The notes: generated by a model from the sequence alone, not told the origin. DNA of 63,993 bases, filler included, from Albugo candida (GCA_040437565.1; 10 parts of 10 records of this genome joined end to end with filler, not necessarily neighbours in it); one strand, 5' to 3'; shown: positions 35,838 to 49,862, counted from the first letter of the whole stretch. A program made the numbers and translations.

Positions 35838-38800
35838 CTTTATATCTATATCGTTCGTAGGTAATGTTGCACGCACCGTTTTGCCTGCATATGGGAATAG
35901 GAGATCAAGGTCACACTTTACCTATCACAAAAATGTTTGGTGAGATGCAGCCGGAGCTTTGCCCTGCATAGGCTCTTGTCATACTATCTATAGCTAATTC
36001 ATTTGGGATCATGTTTGCTTGTCTCTTTGGTATAAAAAGTGGACCTTAAAGGTAACTCGGACGCATAACCATCGAGAAAGCAAGTCGTATTCAGAAATCA
36101 TAGCATATCTTTTTAGATCACACTAACAGGCTGAACTAGAGATATAAGAAAAGCCAATGGAGAGTATTATGTTGAAAGAAAAACTCTGAACCAAATATCC
36201 CAAAGTTCATAGTGATGGCGCAATAGTCCCGACAAAAAAGCTGTCCGTACGGATCTCGCCAAATCAGAAAGTGAAGATCATTTGCAGCATAGGTGAAGAG
36301 AGGGAAACCTTTCCAGAAAGATTTTTTAACGTGTAGATTCTGAGGCTACCATAAGAAGGTCAAATGGCTCAAGACCGCAAAAAAAAGATCCTGCAGGTGA
36401 CCATACTTGTAGCCGGACTATAGCTTTAGAACGACAAGCTCGTGAATGGAATACGATGACTAAAGAGTTCTGGAAATGCATAGTCCGGCAAATACTCTAC
36501 AGAGTTTAAAATGATTCAACTATCTATATTCCGAGAAATACATCTCGTTTTATTTTCAAATGAGCAAAGTGTGGCCTTCTAGCTTCCCAATAGTGAAAGG
36601 GATGAAAAGTAAAGGGAGTAAGAAATTGTGAATCTAATGCATTAAAGTACCTCATCCATCAATCGATTTTCGAGACCTACACGCTGCTTCAATTGAGTGC
36701 GAGGAAAAGTCACGATTTTGTATTAAAGTAGAATTGAAAGGTTTTATGTCCCATGTAGGCAAGTAAAAAGGGAGCCTTTACTGATTTATAAGACTTGCTA
36801 TCGTTCCGTAAAACCATCACCATTAGGGTATAACTACTGAAAAATTGGTCCACCAGACAAGGAAAGAGAGTGTGGTAGAGAGAATCGCTCTGAATGATTG
36901 CGTATTTGCGGTCATTGATTATATAGATATCTCTTTCAAATGAAAATGCGAACGATGGAGAAGCCCTAATGGATTCTCTACGTTCGCACAAGACATTTTA
37001 TTCTCATCTTATGCAGTCATCGTCTTAAGTGATGAACTGCAATGAACTCAGAACGTATCCAGCAGTGTGAATCCATCATACGCTAACTCCTACGTGTGAG
37101 AGCACTTTGAGACGAATATGACCCATAAAATTGGATAAAGTGCAAAAATAAAGAAATTTCTACTCAAGCGGATAGGATCAGTAAAATCTGAAACATCATC
37201 TGCCTGATTCACTAAATTGTCCCTCTAATGTTAGTAAAATTGCTGATACACTTTGTACTAGGAGACATCATGTGCTGGAGCTTTACGATCGCTCTTATAA
37301 AAGCGAAGCAGCTCCAATATTTTTCCCTTTTGGACGCATTTAGATCTGTCATGCACACCCATGAATATTTTGCTACAAATACGACAGATCATCGTATCCA
37401 TCATCGTCCACTACCAATACCGGGTACAACCAGATCCAAATCATGTTCATTAGACGCATATGAATAAATTTTGAATACTTTTTACAATGCCCATTGTTCA
37501 ATAGGCGCATACAATGTCATTTTGAAATTGATGGAACATCAGTTACAATATGGCGATCTGGAGGAATGAATAACAAAAAACATGTAGGCGATCGAGTTGC
37601 GCTCGATGAATTAATGCTATCGATGCCATCTGAAGAAGTACAAACGAAATCAGCACATTTCTTTCAACTCTATAGCACGTTTCACGGACACAGATATCAT
37701 GCCTTCGATTCTTTCATTAAGGAGATCATCGAATTGCTCTCCTTGTCCATTTCCGCTGGGTCTTTAGAATGGAAAAACATTGCCTCCTGGTATTTTTTTT
37801 GTAGGAATGCACAACAGCGATGAATCTATATCATTCACCCTCATTTTCTACCTCTAGATAGGCCTCTTATGGTTTATCCTTCCCGGTCCATAGCAAGCAA
37901 CGTAACACAAAATTTTAGGAGTCAATTTCCCAGTTGTACGAAACAATGGCTTCACGCATATTTTTCCAATATGTGATATGAAGGTAGGAGCTTCTACATA
38001 TCAAATCACAGGTAATGACCGGGTGAGTCTCTTCGCCGCAATCGATGAGAATGAATTCATCCCACTATGAATGAAGCATCAACTTACTTTCTTTTTGTAA
38101 GTACCAAACCGTTCCTGAAAGAGTCATCTTCGCTTTAACGAACCGAGCTCAATTTTAACAAAGCGATATACGCCACTTCAAACATGAGGAAGAAGACTTT
38201 CTGTAAAAGAATTCTTGACTTTCCTACAGAAGCGATGCAAGTCAAATCCCCTTTCAAGTTGATTTATCGACGATGAAGCTCCAGAGGATGTACAGAAGGT
38301 CACCATTCTTTTGGTAAGGAGTATGCAGACCTCTTATGAAGCCCTCAACTACGCTTCAGAAACTTTGCCATCTTTTTGTGGGCAGTAAAGTAATAGGTGC
38401 AATGTAAATTAATTAGGCCTACGAGACGTTTTATGTTCCTTTTAAGCTTCCAGATTTATGGAGCGTTACACGGGACTTAAAGAATGTTTCTTGCACGGAT
38501 TCATTCTTGAATGTGATGGAGATTAGACATGCGGAGACACATTACCTTCATTATCTAATCTTCTACGCAACCCGGAAAACGAAAGTTCTTAGCTCTTGTG
38601 GTTGAGGAGACGCAACAGGTGCCACTACACCTACGAAAATATGCATGAAATCGTTTTAAAAAAGAACTTTAAAGTCAGCTATTGAATCTGGCTGATCAGG
38701 AACAGCAGATATTCACGAAAATTTGTGAAGTGATTCTGACATCAAGTCTTATTATCTCGCGAGCTGACTCAGCAATCTTGTATACAAAGTTTGTAGCGTT

Positions 38801-39993
38801 GTGGAGGTGTCTGCAATAAGATTTTATGAAGCTGACAAAGACATGCACATCTTTGTACATAACCACATTGAAGTCATTTTGGATGAAGTCTTTATGAAAA
38901 AATAAAAGAAAAAATTGAATCTCAGAAAGGCATTTCTTCGGCCAGATGTCATTTATAAAGGCAGCAGATTCTATCACATCAATCATTGAACGCAACTATG
39001 TAACGATGTTGGTGAAAGTGGTCGACATCTGGGTGTCTTGCAGAAGCACAAACAATAGCTTGCGCTTATGTTCCTTCTATTCCACGCAGCATCAGTGAAC
39101 ACATAATATGCATATTTATTTACCATAATATTTTATGGCCATCCTACTAGCAGCGAGACAGCAACTTAGTAGCTCAGATGCATATTTGTCCAGCCTTTTC
39201 AAAATTCGATTCTTCGAAAAAAAAGATGATTTTTTAGCAGGAAGGTGTAATGAATACATCAGATTAGATGCCCAATGAAATTTAAGTATACAAGTCCTTG
39301 TTTAAAACCTCCTCTGCAATAAATCTTAGGATGGGCATCTCTGCAATCTGGACCATACGTAAGAAGACGTAATTCTGGACACGGTTAGAGCCACAACTAT
39401 TTCCGCAATGTAGTTCTGTCTTTAGCGATAGTTTATTATGTTCTTATCTGCAGGAATTCAAGCATAAACTAGCTGGACGTACGAATTCGGACCGCAATAC
39501 TGCCACTTGAGCGCTGTCGATGATGATCACGGCACGATTCAATGCATAGAAATTATCACCTCATCTATTGCACGGATATTAACGTGAGGTCTGCAAGTCG
39601 AGTATTCTATTAACTTGAGTGATAAGCAGCTTGATCTGCATTGTCAAGATTTTGGTCACGAGCTGTTGCGCTATTGGAAGCTTAAAGGTCAGGTAGGGAG
39701 TCGATTTAACAGGTGAAACCAAGTATTTTCTTGATTTGGGTATTGAAATATATTTCTTTCGATACCGAAAAATCTCCCATGCGTTTCGAATTTGGACGAA
39801 AAGCGCCAGATGTGTATTCTGTAGAAAGACCAACACTACAGTATGGTGCAACTCCCTAAAAACCAACATTTTTTTTTGTTTCGATTTCGGGCAAAAAATT
39901 TTCTAATAAATCCAAGGAGTTCTGTAAATCGACCGAAGCTTTTTCTCGAATATGTTCATTTAGGTTTATATTTTTGACACTCAAATTACTTTA

Positions 39994-40900
39994 GGGAATT
40001 GTTATATTCACTCCCTTTTTGAATCAGGTGGCACAGAAAATTATACTATGTGTACTTCTTATTTCTATTTCGGGAATTGTTATTAATATCTGGGAACCGT
40101 TAAAATCCCCTCAGTTTGATATGATTGGCTAATTCCATGCTTGTATAGTGCTAACGTACGCCTAGGTAACGGACAAAATGATAGCACTGCCCGCAACTTT
40201 TCGACGTGAACTATTTTGCGCTCAATTTTGTGTTCAGATAGCGGGCGCGTTTGTTCGTCTAGCTCATTGCTGTTGGACTATTTCGTAGTTCACAGTTTGT
40301 TGATAACACGAAAAAATTCTATTCTGTAAACTGCGACCTAATATTTCACTGAAGGGGTCATTCATGACATAAGAAACTTATGTTCTATCAACTTGGTCTT
40401 TAAAGATGGTTTCCGGGTGAGAATGATAGCCTCTTTCGCAGTCGATATGGTTGAATTCTCCGTCTCGGGAATTAGCCAAGCGTATTGGAAAGTCTCGAGC
40501 ATAAGCCAATCATATCAAACTGAGGGGATTTTATAAGCGCACTGAGAGAATTGTACCCTAATATATTCACTCCCTTTTTAGTCACGCGGCACACATTATT
40601 ATACATAATTTGGCAATTGTTATATTCACCCCGTTTTCGGTCAGATTCACTACCTTTCAAGTCACGTGACCCGCATAATTATACATTCAATAATAATACA
40701 AACCTACCAGCTCAAAATTTCGCAAGCAATACAATTTGCCAATCCTTTGATATTCCACTACTACCTTATCTTTATCGTTTTAAAGAATTGAATCCGATCG
40801 GTCTAAAATATGCCCGATGAACTCTAGAACGATACATAATGCTTCATAGTTCTTGTGACGATCGCTATGATCTTCTCTCGTTGAAATCAATTGAGGCTGA
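39994..40900 (+). mobile_element. Left arm and start of a foldback/MULE-type element with modular long TIRs
   Basis: Begins GGGAATTGTTATATTCACTCCC, with modules repeated at ~40072, 40563 and 40615. It is the reverse complement of 46130-46458, and 40670-40900 matches 45194-45425. Confidence 0.75.
40101..40533. mobile_element. MITE nested in the foldback arm
   Basis: Perfect 30-bp inverted repeat TAAAATCCCCTCAGTTTGATATGATTGGCT at 40101-40130 and 40504-40533. The terminal TA is consistent with a Tc1/mariner-type TSD. Confidence 0.85.
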
Positions 40901-42168
40901 AGGGGAAAGAAGAACAGATCTTCTACCTATAAAAGCGAGCTTGTTTCTTTTGCCAAAAAGGTTGTTTACCCTATAACGCTTTACATACTTTGGCAGAGAA
41001 CTCAAGAACTACCAAGAGGAGGAGGGGGAAGTATGTCAAGGAGAATAGGCGGCAGAGGCTGAACATCTACTTCAAAAAAGCTGGTCAGCGGCCATCAGCA
41101 ACTAATAGAAAGAACCTGTTCATTGCATCAGAAGATGAGAGTTGAAGAAGGTGAAGAAGAATACAGGATAGAGAGGCCATTAACACTTTGAAGGAAGGGC
41201 TGAAAGGCATACAGAACCAGAAAAGCAGCTGAGGATAAATTACCCACCTTATCTTGTTCTAAATTTTATCACGATCCTCCGGTATCTCGAAGGACGGCTT
41301 TACCTGGGCATGAGAAAGAAGGAAGCGTCAGCTACTGCAGCCAACGACAAACTGCATAAGACGTCATACTGGGCCTGCAGGAACGTTGGGCTTTGGGTGG
41401 ATCGGTACTTGGTCTGCAAAGCCCTTCCAACACATCCATAAGGCCGACAATCAAAAAAGAAAGAGATCCTGGCAGACCTTGATATCAAGAGAGAGTGCCT
41501 GTCATGGATGAGGGGGAGGGAGCTCAATGAAAGATCGCCCAAAGAGCTCCAGATGGTCCTTCAAAACAGCATTTTCCCAAAGGTCCTGGAAGAGAAGGAG
41601 CAGAAGATCAGCTACTTGACATGAAGATCTGGGGATTCAAAAAAAGAAATGGGAAAACAGCTGTATATTGACGGTCATGAAAGGGAGGGTGTGGTGAAGT
41701 ATACAGAGGGTTGGTCGAAGAGGATGATTGAGTACAAAAAGACGATGGATGAGTGGACTGTAGAGGAGATGGATGTGTTGGTGGAGGGCAAGGTGCAAGT
41801 GTGGGACAACAAGTATGTGCATGTGACGCATGATGAGTCTACCTTCTACATCAACGATGGAAGAGAGAAGTTCTGGGTAGACGAAGGCGATAGTTGGATT
41901 ATGAAGAAAGGAACAGGAGGGTCAATCATGATCAGTGACTTACTGTGCCGTGCCATAGGCCCATGAAAGTCACTGATCAGCAAGCGAGGGAGAATAAGCT
42001 CCCTTCACCATCAGCCGGAGAGATCCTCAAGGCAGGCAAGAAAAGATATGGTAGTTGGAAAAGTGAAGACATGGTAAGGCAACTCAATGAGAAGGCCATC
42101 CCCATTTTCAACAATCTTCATCCAGGATGTATTGGTGAGTTTTTCGAATTTCTTGTTTCACATTTCTA
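40900..42168 (+). pseudogene. Degenerate DDE transposase (DGHER/HDESTF family, IS630/Tc1-related)
   Basis: Motifs LYIDGHEREGVVKY, VTHDESTFYINDG, KKGTGGSIMISD and KAIPIFNNLHPGCIGEF. Frameshifts and stops. Confidence 0.8.
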
Positions 42169-42179
42169 GTTGGAACTGA

Positions 42180-42279
42180 NNNNNNNNNNNNNNNNNNNNN
42201 NNNNNNNNNNNNNNNNNNNNNNNTTAATTAATTAANNNNNNNNNNNNNNNNNNNNNNNNNNNNNNNNNNNNNNNNNNNN
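42180..42279. other. Artificial contig spacer
   Basis: N44-TTAATTAATTAA-N44. Confidence 0.99.
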
Positions 42280-42469
42280 ATGTGGTCGATCCTAGATTTG
42301 CTCGATAGGTAATAAATAGAACTGTGATGGACTCATGCGCCAGCATCAAAGAACAGTTTGATATAGGATTTACTATGTGGTCGATCCTAGATTTGGTCCA
42401 TACGTAATAAATAGAACTGTGATGGACTCATACGCCAGCATCCAAGAACAGTTTGATATAGGATTTACT
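42280..42469. repeat. 95-bp tandem repeat x2 (array may extend beyond the contig start)
   Basis: Units start at 42280 and 42375 and differ by about 5 substitutions. Confidence 0.95.
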
Positions 42470-42536
42470 GCGAAATCAAACTTTTCAAATTGCTCATTTT
42501 CGAATTCGCTTTGTCTCGATCAGTCGCACCTAAAGG

Positions 42537-43301
42537 ATGAATATTATACGAAGTCGCTTCCACCTGTTTGTGCACTTAATGTGCTTCATCCTCAAGTCAG
42601 AAGCTGGATTTTATTTGGACCTCAGATTCGAGTGGAAGTGTACCCCATTTTTTTATCCGGTTGAATTTGAACAGCCCGCTTGTATTCTTCTAGGTATGTC
42701 GGCACAGAGTACAGTACAATGCGATAAAGTAGTCCGGCATCCTAGCGGCCATGGTTATGAACTGCACCGTGAGGAATTGTATGGTGAAGATATGAAATTA
42801 ATCCTAAGACCGGACGCGGCCTTAACAGGATGTGAAAATCTCCACATATATATCAAAAAAAATGCGATACATCTGGTACCTATTGTGCCTCCAAGCGGGT
42901 CATTTATCGACATTGAAAACGAGTTTGATGAGAACACGGGCTGGAGCTCTAAGTTTCAGTCTGTGGAGATAAACGGCGTGCAGCAAGAAAGAAAGTCTGT
43001 AAATTTTGATATAGGCCATACAGGAATCGCTGTACCTCAACGATTGCTCCTCAATCATCAGCAGACCATCAATTTCAGGCTTGTAATCGAATTACCTCGC
43101 GAAGGTCATGGGACGAAAACGGTAACCATCGGGCCCAGCAGTGGAGTGTCTCGATCAAAAGGAGAGTTCGTGTCAATTGGGAGAGACTTAATGGAGAAAG
43201 CTGGGATTGAACTATTTAAGAAGGGCGATAAACATATGGTAAGGTATCGCGGCGACCACGTTGACGGCCAGACTTCCCAAACCACCGAATATTCCCTCTA
43301 G
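42537..43301 (+). CDS. Orphan 254-aa candidate secreted protein
   Basis: Intronless ORF. N-terminus MNIIRSRFHLFVHLMCFILKSEA-G resembles a signal peptide. No recognised domain. Confidence 0.6.
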   Translation: MNIIRSRFHLFVHLMCFILKSEAGFYLDLRFEWKCTPFFYPVEFEQPACILLGMSAQSTVQCDKVVRHPSGHGYELHREELYGEDMKLILRPDAALTGCENLHIYIKKNAIHLVPIVPPSGSFIDIENEFDENTGWSSKFQSVEINGVQQERKSVNFDIGHTGIAVPQRLLLNHQQTINFRLVIELPREGHGTKTVTIGPSSGVSRSKGEFVSIGRDLMEKAGIELFKKGDKHMVRYRGDHVDGQTSQTTEYSL

Positions 43302-45193
43302 CGATCAAAGAGTTGGCTTGGCACTGCTAGAATCGTTGGGGTTAAGAGCATGGTAAATATGCCCAATATATGATGATTTCCATCTATTCTTTTCTGTTAT
43401 CTTCGCAATACAATTGCAGTACACTCCTTTCGCCATCTTCATACAAAATTGCGAAATTCTACAACCGTCAACCACTCATAAGCGCCTCTATTCGATTGAA
43501 GCAAATCACACCATCTGAAATCAGAGTGGCATCTGTCGACGTGAGCTTTCTCGTCCAGCTCATTGTTCCTTCCAAACGATATCCAACTCCCAGGCGAATG
43601 ATAAACTCACTGATACAGAATCATCAATAAATTGCAACCAGCATCCGCTCCACGATATCAATAGATTTCATATGCCATATTCAAGGTCTGGATTCTTCTA
43701 AGGATACATTGTGTGAAACTTCTTCCGCTTGTAATATTCTTCTGGCTCAACGATATGAACGGAAACGCTTATCATAAAGGCGATCTCATCTTCGAGGACC
43801 AAAAGGAACTGCGAATCCTGAGAGTTCTGGATCTGACAAAGTAACTCCGATGATGGTAGCTAAGCAATGAGCGTGCATAGTGGAAGTTGAAACCTGGAAA
43901 GCTGATGGCATCTTGGAATCGTGTAAACAGACGTGCTCCAAATTGGAAAGCCTTCGTTCGAACACGCTGTAATCGTTCATTGTCGAGGGCTCACTGAGCA
44001 TCATGTCGTTCGCTGCCAGCACCACACCCCATATTGTCCAAGTCTATCTGGAATTGCAACGTGTAGGCAGCTGCAACTCTGTGTCAAAACCGGTATTTTT
44101 TGATGCGCAATCACTCAGAACATGTCGTCAACAACCCAATCGAAGATGAATATGTCCTTTTGCAGATCCTTATTGGAAATCCAGCGAGTCTGCTCGTCCA
44201 GACGAAGACGGTGCGCCGGCAAAGTCCTTCAAGTGAGATTGTGCAGCACCTGCTGGCGATGCTTCATGTCTTGTTTACCACAAATGGCTCCAATAGGATT
44301 TGTGTACACTTAAAGTTGGGATTTCGGCGTATGTGAGATGAAGAAACTCCAGTAACGTAACGTCGTTCTCAATTCACTACAGCGCAGTCACCGATCCCAA
44401 CATTTTAGACTCTGCTTCTGCAGACGGAAGTTCAACTAACTGATAAGTGTTGGAATGGATGGAATACCAGTCGTAGCGTTATTGGCAGAAAAAGTAAGAG
44501 TTGGATTCGAGTTTTGCAGCTTGTATCAATGCGTTTGACTTGAGTTGATGCGTCGTGACTGCATTGCGATTTCGACGCCTATGAAAGCTCCGTATCAACT
44601 ATTGGGTAGAAAGTAAGCCTTTTCTTTAGCTCCGAGTGTCGTTGCGTAATAGTATCGGTCAACAAGTGCGAGTTAACGGAAAGGAGAATAGAGCAACATA
44701 CGGTACGTTTCCATACTTGCGAAAAATCCGATGTGTTTTGATCACGGTACTTCACCCAAGTTGTTCTATGATTGGCGGTAATCCGTTGAGACGCAGTATG
44801 AATGAGTTCGCAGAAGATATATCGGTACCATGTTGTTAATTATGTAATATCGAAGAGTATAATGCTCATTATAGTAGCTCTATGTGTGATTGAGAAAATA
44901 TAATTTTCTTAGAAGCTGGTCGAGGACTTGTAACGGCCCAAACAGCGCGCTGAAGGCAGCTCGACCACTTTTACCAAATGAGTGACTCCTCGAATTCGAT
45001 TTTGTGGAAATCTTGAAACAAAATGTGCAAGCGATTCAACATCATGCTCTGCGATATTTACTAAGCTACACTTGCACGAGCTGTAATTTACCANNNNNNN
45101 NNNNNNNNNNNNNNNNNNNNNNNNNNNNNNNNNNNNNNNNNNNNNNNNNNNNNNNNNNNNNNNNNNNNNNNNNNNNNNNNNNNNNNNNNNNNN

Positions 45194-46458
45194 CCCGCAT
45201 AATTATACATTCAATAATAATACAAACCTACCAGCTCAAAATTTCGCAAGCAATACAATGTGCCAATCCTTTGATATTCCACTACTACCTTATCTTTATC
45301 ATTTTGAAGAATTGAATCCGATCGGTCTAAAATATGCCCGATGAACTCGAGAACGATACATAATGCTTCATAGTTCTTGCGGCGATCGCTATGATCTTCT
45401 CTCGTTGAAATCAAATTGAGGCTGATCAAAATGCGCCGACGCGAAACCACAATTTTTTTTTCTACAAAAAACGAACAGTAAGATCGTGATGTCAAATCTA
45501 AGCAAGACAGATTGTTTGAGAATTAAATCAACACGAAACAAATTGAAGTCTAATGGAAATATTTTTTCTTTTAAGCAAAGGAACGCAAATAACTACAAAA
45601 ACTATTATCTAAGGGAAAGAACCTTGTGATTCCCATTTGCGAAGTGTGTCGGTCTAGTACAAAATCTCTTCATCTCCCCGCTGAGACGCTCACACTCGTT
45701 TAGAAGCGCATAAAGTCCCTCGGACAAATGTAGGTGATCTGGTGGGGCGTATAGCGGACAGTTAATTGAGTTGGTAGAGCAAGAGTGATCACATCTTTTT
45801 TCTACGATTACGAAATTTACTGAAAGAAGCAGAAGTCTACCCAATCGGTCCAACTTTCAGTGATCACTCCTGTCAGGGAGTCTCATCAAATCATCGGTAT
45901 GCTCGCATAGAACCAGGGTGTGACACATAAAGAAGACGATGATGTTTGTGTTGAAGCTGATGTCCTTGGAGCAGTGAACACACCAGTCTAATCAATTTGC
46001 AGCAATTGGACAATAAATTAGTAGCTGTGGGCGCCTAGTACGAGAAGGCTTAGACTAGCTAGCAAAGTGAACTAAGGACCTCCTACATTTAATATATCTT
46101 ACTTGTCAAACTTCATCTAGAGTGCTCAATGTATAATAATGTGGATCACGTGACTTAAAAGGGAGTTGATCGAACCGAAAAGGGAGTCAATATAACAATT
46201 TGCTAATTATGTATAATACTGTGTGCCACGTGAATCAAAAGGAAGTGAATATAAACAAAAAGAGAGTGAATATAACAAATCCCTGGATATAAATAAGAAG
46301 TATACACAGTATAATAATGTGTGCCGCGTTACTTAAAAGGGAGTGAACAGAACAATTCCCTACATATAAATAAAAGTATACAAAGTATTATTAGGTGTAC
46401 CACCTGACTAAAAAAGGGAGTGAATTTAACCAAAAAGGGAGTGAATATAACAATTCCC
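45194..46458 (+). mobile_element. Interior and right arm of the same foldback/MULE-type element (left arm lost in gap 45094-45193)
   Basis: The right arm 46130-46458 is built of AAAAGGGAGTGAATATAACAATTCCC modules and ends ...AACAATTCCC. Confidence 0.75.
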
Positions 46459-46593
46459 TTATTTTAGATATAATTTAAAGTTAATTTGAAAAAAAAAGAA
46501 TGTAAATTTGATTAAAGCTGGATAGTTACTGCGCGTATTATCGAATTAAACCGTTAAAGTAGAAATTTCAAAAAAAATCTTAATATTTTTTTT

Positions 46594-47191
46594 ATGGCTC
46601 GTCCCAAAATAAGAAGGCTGGCCCTATTAGCCAACTTGCACAAAGCCAACAACAAGAAGAGGCAGGTTAAGGCACAGAAACAACAGCAGGAAGAGGTGGA
46701 GGCAGCAGAGGATCTCGAATGTCACAGCCTCATGTCAGAGTGGAGTGGAGAGGAGGAAGAGGAAGGTAAAGAGGAAAAAAACTGGCTGGAAACAGACACA
46801 GCTCAGCTACAATAGAGAATTGCTGCTGTCCAGGCTCAGCTGAAGAAGGAAAAGAAGGGGAAGAAGAACAGATCTTCTACCTATAAAAGCGAGCTTGTTT
46901 CTTTTGCCAAAAAGGTTCTTTACCCTATAACTCTTTACATACTTTGGCAGAGAACTCAAGAACTACCAAGCGGAGGGGGAAGAAGTATGTCAAGGAGAAT
47001 AGGCGGCAGAGGCTAAACATCTACTTCAAACAAGCTGGTCAGCGGCCATCAGCAACTAATAGAAAGAACCTGTTCATTGCATCAGAAGATGAGAGTTGAA
47101 GAAGGTGAAGAAGAATACAGGATAGAGAGGCCATTAACACTTTGAAGGAAGGGCTGAAAGGCATACAGAACCAGAAAAGCAGCTGAGGATA
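46594..47191 (+). pseudogene. 5' part of the DDE transposase pseudogene (second copy)
   Basis: 46854-47191 is near-identical to 40899-41237. Starts MARPKIRR. Confidence 0.65.
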
Positions 47192-48550
47192 NNNNNNNNN
47201 NNNNNNNNNNNNNNNNNNNNNNNNNNNNNNNNNNNNNNNNNNNNNNNNNNNNNNNNNNNNNNNNNNNNNNNNNNNNNNNNNNNNNNNNNNNTCGACTAAT
47301 TATTTTACAGGCTAATTATCCTTCCAACGCTGGAAGCTTGCATCATACTCTCAAGCGCGATATCACGTACATCGTGATTAAAAGCGGTTATGAATAGAAT
47401 GTGCATGCTGCACTACTTAACTGTTGTCAGGCAGGATACTGTAGATATGCTCTTAACTGCAAAAGAGATAACTGCTTAACTACAATCATAACTAGAGAAT
47501 CTGATCTTACTTATCCATAACCCTTTTTCAACAGTTAGTGTTTTGCTTCTTGTACACTCGATGTGAATTTCTACAACCTTAATAGCGCGCTACGATCACG
47601 ACGTCACCTCTTTCGTATACACACAAGATTCTTGTGCGGCCGCAAAATTCCAAGTCAAAGCGTGTGGTAAAACGTGCTATAAGAGACAAAAAAGGCATTT
47701 GGGTGCCTTCTTTTACTGTTTTACATTTGGTGTACCGATCGTAATGTATATTGAGTGATGCCACTGCACTTGTTATTGCAATAAGTGACTTTAGTGTCTT
47801 GTGGGCATTGACGAAGATGATACGGATTGTTGTGTACGACTACAAGANNNNNNNNNNNNNNNNNNNNNNNNNNNNNNNNNNNNNNNNNNNNNNNNNNNNN
47901 NNNNNNNNNNNNNNNNNNNNNNNNNNNNNNNNNNNNNNNNNNNNNNNATAGATCCACCGTAAGAAACGTTACAATTGATGATTTCAAAGAAATGAATTCA
48001 CTCGCGTTTGCAATTAGACTATATTTATCACTGCTCGCGTTTTTTGTGATTGAAAATAGAAGATATCGTAGCCATTGCCAACCCGGTACATGCTCAACAC
48101 AGTCAATCCATCTTCTCTAATACTTATATTTCCTCTTCAGACAGGCTGCATAATTTTATCGGAAACGGCATAGAACACTTGAAAAAGTGGAGCAACCAGC
48201 AACAGTTGACGAGGTTCGAGTCATCTATACGGAGATCCTGTAGATTTTAGTCGCAGGGTATAAGAAGATTCATGGTCACTCCCCTTGTGGAAATCTCATG
48301 AGAGCTAAATTCAAAAATACTGTCCACCCGCTCCAAACTAACGAGCTGAGGGACAACAAACTTTTCATGCATCCAGGCTGGTCCATTTTGCACAAACCTG
48401 ACGAAACTACTCGACAAGCCGTTGATCATCTAACATTCACAAATGGTTGCTCCAACTATGCACGGGCGCGAAAGCTCGTGCATAGTTGGGCCAATAGCGC
48501 ATCTATTTTTGTTGAACCGAGTTTTTGCAGCACACATTTTGAAGTAGCAT

Positions 48551-48650
48551 NNNNNNNNNNNNNNNNNNNNNNNNNNNNNNNNNNNNNNNNNNNNTTAATT
48601 AATTAANNNNNNNNNNNNNNNNNNNNNNNNNNNNNNNNNNNNNNNNNNNN
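48551..48650. other. Artificial contig spacer
   Basis: N44-TTAATTAATTAA-N44. Confidence 0.99.
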
Positions 48651-49862
48651 CAAGAGATTGTCGACCATTTGTGACGAGTATCATCCACGGGGACGATTGT
48701 ATCCCTCGACTTCATCAGCACAGTTTATTACGCCTCCAAAAGCTTGTGTCTACATTCGACTGGCGTACTTCGCTGAAGCAAATGATTGTCGAAGAGTTGG
48801 AAGGACAGAAGAATCGAGCACATGACCATTTTGCGTCGACAATAAATGAGCAGACTCAACTGGTCCGAAAAACGCGAGAAAGGATGCAACAAATCCGACA
48901 ACGACGAGATGGTAGTTTTCAGCATATCAATTATATCATCACACGACTCGAGGACTTGAAATTCGACGAAAAGCGAGCTGAGGCTAGCGCCAAAATGACA
49001 CAAGTTGGGAAGGTGAGTTCCAGCATTCCATTTCTCTGCGATCGCTGACGTCCTTTTAGAAAATTGGCGAGCAAGTCAGAGATCAATTTTCCGGGAAATG
49101 GTACGCAGCACTCGAGTACTTTCACATGGATCAATTGGACTTGCACAAAGTGGAGGAGCTCAAGAAAGCTTTATTGGCCAAGTATGACTGGTTTGGTACG
49201 AAGCTTATATTCTGATAATAGGCGGAGGATCATCGACTACGTTACCGATTGATTGGTATAGGAGCTTTGACGTCGACGGAGGAAAAAGTCAAAAAGCTGA
49301 CTGAGAAAGTTGTAGTGAGAGGAAATGACCTGAAAGCACACGGTCTGATGTCTTCGTCTGAATTCGTGCATGCTGATTGAGAAGTGATACTTTGCCTAGT
49401 TCCGCCTCAATTGGGTCACTGGTACAGCCAACTAACTCGCTTGTATGATATCGCAATTGGGCAGTTGGGTCCTAGGAGCACCGACTCTACCCAACCTGAA
49501 GAGAAGGTTCATCGCTTGGAGGCAAAGATGCAACTAATGGCAGAATCAGACATGGAACAAAACAAGTAAGAATGGATTTGAGAGTGTAAGGGTCATTTAC
49601 CGTTATGTATGATGGCAGAAATCCTTCAAAGAAAGCCTCAGAATGGAGTGAAGAACCGCTTGTATCACCAGGTCGGGTCCTGTATCTTGTACAAAAGGAT
49701 GGAACAGAAGGCACAGCCGTCCTGGAACCAGTCGATAATGATAGCTTCAATGAAGTGCTTCTCTCCGACAACATGATCCGAGATCATCTTTGCACAACCT
49801 ATGAAGAAGTACTGAGAGCATTACACGATCAAATGGAGAAAGTACATTCTGAGAACAGATAG
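48651..49862 (+). CDS. Class-3 (diacylglycerol lipase-like) lipase, 3' part, multi-exon
   Basis: CRPFVTSIIHGDDCIPRL (catalytic Asp region) and SPGRVLYL..FNEVLLSDNMIRDHL (catalytic His region). 5' truncated by the contig start. Confidence 0.75.

Noticed and set aside
35838-39900. Short ORFs in possibly decayed coding DNA
   Set aside because: No recognisable motifs or consistent frame.
43400-44620. Possible decayed minus-strand gene
   Set aside because: Multiple stops and no identifiable family.
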